Position numbers and translations under genes: made by a program
Origin: a virus
Lineage: Duplodnaviria > Caudoviricetes
Direction: 5' to 3' (one strand)
Length of the DNA: 64,000 nt
IMG/VR virus record: IMGVR_UViG_2811995030_000001
Location: 1-64,000 of that record
In this document: positions 56,001 to 64,000 of the stretch, one piece after another
Position numbering within the stretch: the stretch's first letter is position 1
Layout: each line of letters begins with the position of its first letter
The notes under the pieces: generated by a model
What the model was told of the DNA's origin: nothing
The model's database searches: none
The model's input: only the letters and a program-made list of their open reading frames with translations

Positions 56001-58010
56001 TCGTAAAAGGTAGAGTTCATATAGTCTGATGGACATTTTTAGGGTTAAAAAGTGGGTATCGTGAGTAATTTTAGTGTCAATCGTGCTACGATACAAATTT
56101 TAGATGAAAACTCAATAGTATCAAGGCTTAAGGTGATGTATGTCACCTTTTTTGTCGTGCTTAAATATGCTTGCATCGTAAAAACACAGTAATAGCAAGG
56201 GATTAGAGGTGATTTATAGGGTGAAAATGAACAATTTAATTTTATGCATAGAGGATAAAGTCAATAGTAGCAAGGGATGAACGATTGAAGGTACGATTAA
56301 AATAGGGTAAATTAGGGTGATTTTATACAGTAATATACATTAATTATGCATAAAGGATACATAGGGTAAATTGGTAATTATTTGGTATATATTAGGAGAA
56401 AATTAGAGTGGATAATTGTAAATTTAGGTGAGGTGTGGAAATGGAAGAGCTAACACTGTATATCCGATTTGTCAACTAAGTTTAGATGTAAAGTATCCCC
56501 CCTCCTTATAAATACTGGCTTAATTCTAGTGTCGTATAATTTAATTTATACAGACAATTGAAAGATGAAGTAGTTTCTTCTATAGAAGGGTAAACTTTTT
56601 CATCTGGTGTCTAATTAGGTAACAAATGGTAAATTTAAATTTTTAAAAATTATTTTGTTGCACTATTTTTTGAATGAAAATTGTATAATGTGTTCGTCAT
56701 AATAATAGACTTCCAAAGCAACATGAGTTATAACTTTATCTTATCATATATTATATTATTCATAAGTATTACTTATACTATATCCTATCCACTTATCACC
56801 ATATTGTATCATCTTGCTACTCATCCACTTTATATTAATCTAATTGTATAATCAATTTATAATCTATGTACAACATATGTATAACTAACTTACTCTACTT
56901 ATCATAACCTCACCTTATCACTATTCCATTTATCCATAACTATTCCTTATATCAATCTCATATCACTGTATTACCTACTCTAGTACAGTATAACACGCTC
57001 ATTCATCCTCATCTATCCACCTTATCCTCACCTAATCTATCCTAACTGTATCACTCAATACTCATCATACTAATACAACTCACGCTAATCTGCTACATAA
57101 TATATAATACAGCATCTCATCTACTCATCTAATCTGTACCACTATATCACCTATAATATTATTACAGTTTAATCTAATGTGTATCACTCAACTATAACAG
57201 CATCACCTTACATTCCACTCACTCACACTTATTCCTCATCTATACTCAATCAATCCACCTCATATTAATCTATCCTATTATAATATAATCTCACACTGTT
57301 CACTATATACTCATCATCCTATATCACCTATCACAACTCAATCACTTATCTTATTCACATATTATATACAATATTATCCACAACTTACTCACACTATAAA
57401 CTCACTAATCATCCTGCATTATCCCATTTATCCACAATATATAATTTATATTATTTAATCTAACCTAATCACTATACACATTCACTACTCACCTGATCTA
57501 CTCTAATCAATCCTAATATTACTCATCAATTTATTATCTACATTATAATATTTCTACACGTTATAAATTTCCTACACACTAAAAAATATAAGGCCATCAT
57601 ATTATTAATCATCATCACATTACCTTATCCTATCTACATAACCTATATCTATCTTATATAATAAGTATATCTAATAACTCATCAATCACTTACTAATCAC
57701 ATTAATACATAATCAATCTACATATCATATATACTTTACCTATTCATATTATATAATCCTTATCTCTTCTATATAATGTACTCACATTCCATTCTAAGCT
57801 CACGTATCCATTAGCCTAACCTTATCCTTCATTAAATAGAAAGAAGCCATTAGAAACTAATCTAATGACTCATCTCATTATAGTATAGAGGTCTATTTCA
57901 TTACGTATTATCTCCTTACTCACTTAACTATATACATTCAATGCTCTATGCTCTTGCTTACATATATAATATAGAAAGAACATGAGCGTTAGCGAATGCA
58001 AAAATTATTT
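56001..58010. other. 2-kb non-coding region with strand-composition switch
   Basis: No ORF of 60 aa or more; plus strand is G-rich to ~56460, then nearly G-free from 56760 to 57780. Confidence 0.8.
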
Positions 58011-58041
58011 AATATTTACATCAACAAATATAAATTACATA

Positions 58042-58070
58042 TTGAATTATTAATTGAGGTATGATATATT
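58042..58070 (+). promoter_or_regulatory. sigma-A early promoter
   Basis: TTGAAT-17-TATATT with TG extension and AT-rich upstream element. Confidence 0.6.
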
Positions 58071-58125
58071 ATAAATAGAGACAGGGAACACGTAATCAAA
58101 TAAAACCAAATGGGAGGAATTAAAA

Positions 58126-58881
58126 ATGAAAATGAATACTATTCGTAAATGGGCTGAATCAAAAGGTTTTGGAATTGAAGAAATGGAAAACGGTGTAGTA
58201 ATCACAATTAACGGTCATGTAGCTTATAAAGTAACAACTACGAACGGCAAGAATGTTTTTCTTGAAGATGCTACAGGCTTTGCGATCCGTTACGCTTCAC
58301 AAAAACAAATTATCGATATGATTTCTCCTCAGTTTGAGGAAGTGCAATCTAACGTTGAAACTAATACAACTGAAGAAGAAGTAATTGAAGAAGTTAAAAC
58401 TCCACAAGAAAAGTTTATGAACAATGAAAAGATTACAAATGTAGAGTTCTTAGAGTTACTTAATCAATATGGAATCGAACTTAACTATTCATTAAATCAA
58501 TGGTGTGAACGTCAATTAGATGCTGTAGGACTTGGGCAGTATTCTTACAGAGCTATAGGCAAAGGTATGTTTCCTAAAGAACTTGATAGCATTGTAGAGG
58601 AGTTATATGAGGCAATTAAGGAAGCAGAAAAGAATAATAAAGAGGCTCAAGAAGCTAACGCACTCACTATTGAAGAAGCTACTACATACCTTGAGAATAA
58701 TTCATACAATGAAATCATCTTCACTCATCAATCAGTTAATAAGTTGCACTTTGTGGCCATTGATAAAGAAGATGAACTATGTAAAAAAATTGTATTTGAT
58801 AGTCTTCCTACTCATATTACTGTTAGCGAGAAAGTTAATAATGAATATAGGATTGTTGAACAAATTAATATTTCCAATTAA
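58126..58881 (+). CDS. acidic hypothetical early protein
   Basis: 251 aa, GGGAGG RBS, own promoter. Confidence 0.75.
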   Translation: MKMNTIRKWAESKGFGIEEMENGVVITINGHVAYKVTTTNGKNVFLEDATGFAIRYASQKQIIDMISPQFEEVQSNVETNTTEEEVIEEVKTPQEKFMNNEKITNVEFLELLNQYGIELNYSLNQWCERQLDAVGLGQYSYRAIGKGMFPKELDSIVEELYEAIKEAEKNNKEAQEANALTIEEATTYLENNSYNEIIFTHQSVNKLHFVAIDKEDELCKKIVFDSLPTHITVSEKVNNEYRIVEQINISN

Positions 58882-58908
58882 ATTAATATAACAAAAATAA
58901 AATACATG

Positions 58909-58937
58909 TTGAAATTATTCGGTTTGTCCTTTATAAT
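58909..58937 (+). promoter_or_regulatory. sigma-A early promoter
   Basis: TTGAAA-17-TATAAT. Confidence 0.75.
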
Positions 58938-58982
58938 TATAAATATAAGATAACTACTTCAAAACAAAGGGGAAATGTTAAA

Positions 58983-60860
58983 ATGAATATCACTTATAAC
59001 TTAAATGAAGAGTTGAACGGAATTGAATTATTTTTCTCAGCTAAACCACAAAAAGAAGTACTAAGCAACTTAAAAGAAAATGGTTTCCGTTGGTCTAACT
59101 TTAAAAAATGTTGGTACACAAAACAATCTGAAAAAGCTTTTCAAGTTGTTAACAGCTTAGTAAGTGGAGAAGTTAAAGAAACTAAAGAGGAAAAAAATAA
59201 ACAAAATAAATTACATACAAGAAAAAATAAACAAGTAAAAACTTTAAGTTTATGGGAAGCTGCACAATGGAACGGAATGGAAGTAAATACAGACCAAGAA
59301 GCTAAAGTAATTGCAAAAGAAATTCGCGCACATATCAAGAAACGTTTTCCACAATGTAAGTTTTCTGTAACAGTTCCTTACTACGGTAAAATTAATTTCA
59401 CTATCAAATCTAGTCCATTTGAAAAAGGTTCAGTGTATTTAAACGCTGTTAAAGAATATTGCGTTAATCTTTTAAATGCTTACAGACATTGTTACAGTCC
59501 TTCTGATCCATATACAGACTATGCAGGAAGCTATAATTTTTATGGATATGTTGAAATTGATTGGGAATATACTCAAACAGCAGCAACAGAAGAAGTTGAA
59601 AAAGATATGAAAGAATTTGATGTGAAGTTTGTTGAAGCTGAAGAAGCAGCAGAAGAAAAAAGAAAGCAAGAATTCCAAGCATACATGGAGCAAAGAGAAG
59701 CAGAACAACGTGAGTATGAAAAGCAACAAGCAGAAGAAAAGAAACAAGTTGAAACTATCTATAACAATGTTGAAGTTAAAGAGTTAGACGAAACTAACCA
59801 ATATTTTATTACAGGTTCAGAATTTGCAAACTTAAACAAAAACGAAACTTTAGACCAATATAAAGAAGAAGTGCAGAACGGTGACTATTCTCTAGAAAAC
59901 GTTAAAGTTACAAAGGAAGTACATTTTAGCAGTCAAGAAGCTTTAGTAAACTTCTCAAATATGCTTTTAAATGACTTTGATTTCTTAGCTAATACTGGTG
60001 GAAGCTTCACAGAAGACAACAGAATTAATTCTATGACAGACTTCTATAACATGGATGAGTTAGAAAAACAAACAGTACAATGGAATTTATACGGTGTAGC
60101 AATCTATTTAGACGGTCAATTACAGTTTATTGTAGACGCTCAAGGGCACTCATATGCTCGTTATGTAGGTCTTACAGATAACGCAAAAGTTGAAAAGACT
60201 ATTGTATTCAATCAAGTTGTGACTGATGAAGAGAAAGAAGAGTTGACACATCAGGCTGACGTATTAGAAGACATCTCGACAGAGGTTATCTGTGAACTAA
60301 ATATCATGGATACATGGCAAAATGAAAGCTGGAAAGAGTATAAAGAAGCGATGAAAGTTAAATTTAAAGAATCCAACTTCAGCTTTACTAAGAGAGTTAT
60401 TCAACAGCTAGAGCTAGAAGAGTTGAAAGTAAGTATGTATAAGCTTCTACAGGATGTGGACAGTATACAAGACCAATTTGAAGAAGCTGACCTTTCAACA
60501 GGCGATAAGGTTACATTATTCTATATTTCTGATTGGGGTTCAATTGTAACAAGTAGAGTTACTCTTGATGAAGTAGCAAACGAAAAATATGCGCAGTATG
60601 ACAATGCTGTTAAGTTAACCTTTACACCAGAGAAGAAAAGAAAGCTACATTATAAACACTTCTATTCTGAATTGCTAGTATATAAAGGATGGCTTAACCT
60701 TCCTGATACAGTATTGCATCATGTAGAAGAAACAAACAATATGAAAGTAACAAGAAGTAAATACCATTCATGTGACCATAGACAGTATGATGAAATTCTA
60801 AACTACTTCGATCAACAAGGAATAGAGCCAATTGTGAACACTTATAAGCCTAAATTCTAA
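58983..60860 (+). CDS. polyvalent-protein-type early protein (LPD29-like domain)
   Basis: GIELFFSAKP...LKENGFRWS...CWY domain and AKEIRAHIKKRFPQCKFSV...DPYTDY domain. Confidence 0.6.
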   Translation: MNITYNLNEELNGIELFFSAKPQKEVLSNLKENGFRWSNFKKCWYTKQSEKAFQVVNSLVSGEVKETKEEKNKQNKLHTRKNKQVKTLSLWEAAQWNGMEVNTDQEAKVIAKEIRAHIKKRFPQCKFSVTVPYYGKINFTIKSSPFEKGSVYLNAVKEYCVNLLNAYRHCYSPSDPYTDYAGSYNFYGYVEIDWEYTQTAATEEVEKDMKEFDVKFVEAEEAAEEKRKQEFQAYMEQREAEQREYEKQQAEEKKQVETIYNNVEVKELDETNQYFITGSEFANLNKNETLDQYKEEVQNGDYSLENVKVTKEVHFSSQEALVNFSNMLLNDFDFLANTGGSFTEDNRINSMTDFYNMDELEKQTVQWNLYGVAIYLDGQLQFIVDAQGHSYARYVGLTDNAKVEKTIVFNQVVTDEEKEELTHQADVLEDISTEVICELNIMDTWQNESWKEYKEAMKVKFKESNFSFTKRVIQQLELEELKVSMYKLLQDVDSIQDQFEEADLSTGDKVTLFYISDWGSIVTSRVTLDEVANEKYAQYDNAVKLTFTPEKKRKLHYKHFYSELLVYKGWLNLPDTVLHHVEETNNMKVTRSKYHSCDHRQYDEILNYFDQQGIEPIVNTYKPKF

Positions 60861-60925
60861 GCACTAAGCAGTTTTAACAGGTTTCTGCAAAATAAAAAAC
60901 CTGCAACATTTAGGAGGTTTTAAAC

Positions 60926-62545
60926 ATGTTTAATAATAATCCTGATTTCTATCCAACGCCTGACAATCTACAAAGAAAGATGTTAAATAAAATTGATTTT
61001 AGAAAAGTACAATCAGTATTAGAGCCTTCAGCAGGCAAAGGAGACTTAGTAAAAGCGATTTATAAACAACTTGACTACACTAGGAATTATCGTAGAACTA
61101 ACAAATATGATGTTGATACTATTGAGCTTGATGAAAATCTAGTGCATATATTAAAGGGGAGAAACTATAGAGTTGTTCATGATAACTTTCTATCTTATGG
61201 AACTTTTAAAAAATACGATGCTATAATTGCAAACTTTCCATTTTCAGAAGGTGATAAACACGCTTTGCATGCAATAGAATTAGCAGAAAAACAAATACAA
61301 TCTTGTCAGCTAGTATTTTTATTAAATGCTGACACTTTAAAGAATCCATTTTCCAACACTCGAAAACATCTTATTAGAAAACTTGAGGAATATAACGCAG
61401 AAGTTGAATATATAGAAAATGCCTTTCTAAACAGCGAGCGCTCTACAACAGTAGAAACGGCACTTATTTATATAAATATAGAAAAGAAAGAAAGTAATTC
61501 GATCTTAGTGGATGAGTTGAAGAAAGAAGAAGCGCATAGAACTAATAACAATCAATATACAAGCGATAAACTAATCAATTCTGATTTTATAAAAGGAATC
61601 GTTGAACGCTATAATTATGAAGTGAAAGCAGGATTAAAGCTAATAAATGAATATAATAGTCTTAAACCGTTAATGTTGAAGAGCTTTGAGGAAAATGATA
61701 CACCAGTTTTAAAGCTTGAGCTTGAACGTGAAGACAATGAGGAAAGCAGCCTAGAAAATGCATATATAAAACAAATCCGCTCCAAGTATTGGCAAGCGCT
61801 ATTTTCAAATGAGCAATTTATGGGGCTTTTTACAAGCAATTTAAAACAAAAATATATGCAATATGTAAATGAATTAAAAGACTATGATTTTTCTTTATAT
61901 AACATTTACACTTTAAGAATACAGCTTAGTAAGGAAATGACACAAGGCGTTGAAGAAACTATTTTAAACTTATTTGAAGAGTTTAGCCATAAACATTATT
62001 ATGATGAGTCATCAAAAAACGTCCATCTTTTCAACGGCTGGAAAACTAATAAATCTTATAAAATTAACAAAAAAGTAATTATTCCTCTAAATGGCTTTAA
62101 TACATGGTGGGGCATGAAGTACAATCCTACTAATTATGATGTACTAGACAAATTAAAAGACATTGAAAAAGTGTTTAATTATTTAGATGACGGAAAAACC
62201 GAAGAGATTGACATAACAGACACTTTAAAAATGGCAGAATACTACCAAGAAACTAAGAAAATAGAGTTGAAATATTTCTATGTTACTTTCTACAAAAAGG
62301 GTACATGTCATATTGAATTTAAAAATATGGAATTGCTACATAAGTTTAATCTTTTTGGCAGTCAAAAGCGTGGATGGATTCCTAATAGTTTTGGTAAAAC
62401 TACATATAGCAATATGACAAAAGAAGAAAAAGCTGTTGTAGATTCTTTTTGTGGAAAAGAAGAATATAATAAAATATTGAATAATAGCGAGTATTATCTA
62501 TATGAGCCAGAAAAAACATTATTATTAGATGGAGGAGTTGCATGA
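60926..62545 (+). CDS. N6-adenine-type DNA methyltransferase with DUF4942-like C-terminus
   Basis: DFYPTP, VLEPSAGKG, ANFPF (motif IV variant) and FYKKGTCHIEF motifs. Confidence 0.8.
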   Translation: MFNNNPDFYPTPDNLQRKMLNKIDFRKVQSVLEPSAGKGDLVKAIYKQLDYTRNYRRTNKYDVDTIELDENLVHILKGRNYRVVHDNFLSYGTFKKYDAIIANFPFSEGDKHALHAIELAEKQIQSCQLVFLLNADTLKNPFSNTRKHLIRKLEEYNAEVEYIENAFLNSERSTTVETALIYINIEKKESNSILVDELKKEEAHRTNNNQYTSDKLINSDFIKGIVERYNYEVKAGLKLINEYNSLKPLMLKSFEENDTPVLKLELEREDNEESSLENAYIKQIRSKYWQALFSNEQFMGLFTSNLKQKYMQYVNELKDYDFSLYNIYTLRIQLSKEMTQGVEETILNLFEEFSHKHYYDESSKNVHLFNGWKTNKSYKINKKVIIPLNGFNTWWGMKYNPTNYDVLDKLKDIEKVFNYLDDGKTEEIDITDTLKMAEYYQETKKIELKYFYVTFYKKGTCHIEFKNMELLHKFNLFGSQKRGWIPNSFGKTTYSNMTKEEKAVVDSFCGKEEYNKILNNSEYYLYEPEKTLLLDGGVA

Positions 62546-63810
62546 CTAGAGAAGTGTACCTAGACAATTTACCAAAATGGGAGACGGGCGGTAATAAAGG
62601 TCGAATAGATTGGTCTAAATCAGCAGGATACAAAGTTGGTTTTCTTTATAACGATGTAAAGGGGTATATTGAAATACTAGATTATGATAAAAATAAACAA
62701 ATCCTTGTAACTAAATATAAAAACAACACTCTGCATATAAAAACTTCACATTTTAAAAAGGGTGCAATAGGAAACTTGCTAGGCTTAATAAATCATGCGC
62801 ATACCTATAACAAAGGTGATGTTGTAAAAGTATCAACAGGGAATATTGAAGTTTTAGATCAAATCTTGATAAAAAACAGTAAAAATCACACTGTTAGAGG
62901 ATATAAATATAAATGTTTAAACGATGGATATATAGGTGAAGTGTCTGAACCAAAATTAAAAAATAAAAATGGGTGTTCAGTTTGTAGCAACAGAATAATA
63001 ATTAAAGGGATAAATGATGTAGCAACCACTCATCCGCATTTACTAAGCTACTTTATAAATAAAAATGATGCTTATAGAAATTCTTATGGGAGCAGAAAAG
63101 AAGTGTTAATGCAATGTCCAAATTGTGAGCATAAAAAGAAGTACAGTATAGATAAACTTACAAAAAGAGGCTTTCCTTGTCGTAAATGTGGAGACGGTAT
63201 TTCCTATCCAGAAAAATTTATATTTAATTTACTTGAGCAATTAAATATTGTATTTGAAATACAAAAAGTTTTTGAGTGGTCAGATAGTAGGCAATATGAT
63301 TTCTATTTACCAGAGTTGAATTTAATTATAGAGACACATGGGTTGCAACACTATGAAAATAATTATTCTTTTTCTCCTGATGTAAAATTAAAAGACATAC
63401 AAGAAAATGACAATTATAAATATAAATTAGCACTAAGAAACAACATATATAAATATATTGTGTTAGATTGCAGGGAATGGGAAAATAATTGGATAAAAGA
63501 TAGTATTGAAAATAGTGATCTAGCAAAAATATTTGATTTGTCTAAAATTAATTGGATAAATTGTCATATGTTCTCATGCTCTTCACGTGTAAAAGAAGTG
63601 TGTGATTTATGGAGCGAGTCTATAAGTGACACGAAATTAATAAGTGAAAAAATAAAACTGTCTAGACAAACAGTAATTAAGTATCTAAAACAAGGAAGTG
63701 AATTAGGTTGGTGCGATTACAACCCTAAAAAGAATATGTCTGATAATGGTAGAAATAATATTATGAAACGAAAGACGAATTTGAAGGCGAACAGTCATAT
63801 AGCAAAGTGA
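62542..63810 (+). CDS. free-standing Zn-ribbon PD-(D/E)XK endonuclease
   Basis: GCSVC..GINDVATTHP, CPNC, SYPEK and YDFYLP...IIETHGLQH motifs. Confidence 0.75.
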   Translation: MTREVYLDNLPKWETGGNKGRIDWSKSAGYKVGFLYNDVKGYIEILDYDKNKQILVTKYKNNTLHIKTSHFKKGAIGNLLGLINHAHTYNKGDVVKVSTGNIEVLDQILIKNSKNHTVRGYKYKCLNDGYIGEVSEPKLKNKNGCSVCSNRIIIKGINDVATTHPHLLSYFINKNDAYRNSYGSRKEVLMQCPNCEHKKKYSIDKLTKRGFPCRKCGDGISYPEKFIFNLLEQLNIVFEIQKVFEWSDSRQYDFYLPELNLIIETHGLQHYENNYSFSPDVKLKDIQENDNYKYKLALRNNIYKYIVLDCREWENNWIKDSIENSDLAKIFDLSKINWINCHMFSCSSRVKEVCDLWSESISDTKLISEKIKLSRQTVIKYLKQGSELGWCDYNPKKNMSDNGRNNIMKRKTNLKANSHIAK

Positions 63811-63921
63811 TGAAAAATAAATCGTATTATATTCTTGATACTAGTGAGTTATTACAATTAACATCTTGATGCTCTAGTTTACTTAAAAGTATTATTTTAC
63901 AGAAACTTAAGGAGTGATTTC

Positions 63922-64000
63922 ATGTACAATAATAACGAAAAGTCTACACATGAAGAAGACGGACTCTCTACAGCTAAAGGAATCATAAACGGCCTACAAA
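63922..64000 (+). CDS. 5' fragment of a gene running off the window
   Basis: AAGGAGTG RBS, then ATG and an open frame MYNNNEKSTHEEDGLSTAKGIINGLQ. Confidence 0.5.
   Translation, partial: MYNNNEKSTHEEDGLSTAKGIINGLQ

Noticed and set aside
35-63526. Numerous short antisense or alternative-frame ORFs in the ORF track (e.g. 10244..10690, 14721..15029, 41631..41972, 47716..48105, 53260..53625)
   Set aside because: They overlap well-supported genes, lack convincing RBSs and show no recognisable motifs

Overview
AT-rich segment of a large Bacillaceae siphophage with SPbeta-like gene order. About 1-48 kb is one minus-strand block: holins, three beta-helix tailspikes (one fused to a poly-gamma-glutamate hydrolase), baseplate, a ~3100-aa tape measure with lytic transglycosylase and M23 domains, tail and head genes, portal, terminase, ClpP, PhoH, HU and a YonO-type RNA polymerase. 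The tape measure gene is interrupted by a 269-nt ORF-less group I intron (21342-21610). At 48.3-55.7 kb, on the plus strand, is a plasmid-like module: a wHTH gene plus TubZ/FtsZ-family GTPase flanked by repeat arrays, an operon of pilin-like, VirB6-like and FtsK/SpoIIIE genes with no relaxase or VirB4, and a Rep-like wHTH gene followed by three 22-bp iterons. This suggests a phage-plasmid with a minimal DNA-translocation system. A ~2-kb non-coding region follows, in which strand composition flips from G-rich to almost G-free, and then sigma-A-driven early genes (polyvalent protein, methyltransferase). Four free-standing endonuclease genes and two structured ncRNA candidates (741-875 and 43748-43860) are also present. 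All family assignments come from visual motif recognition and synteny, not database searches.
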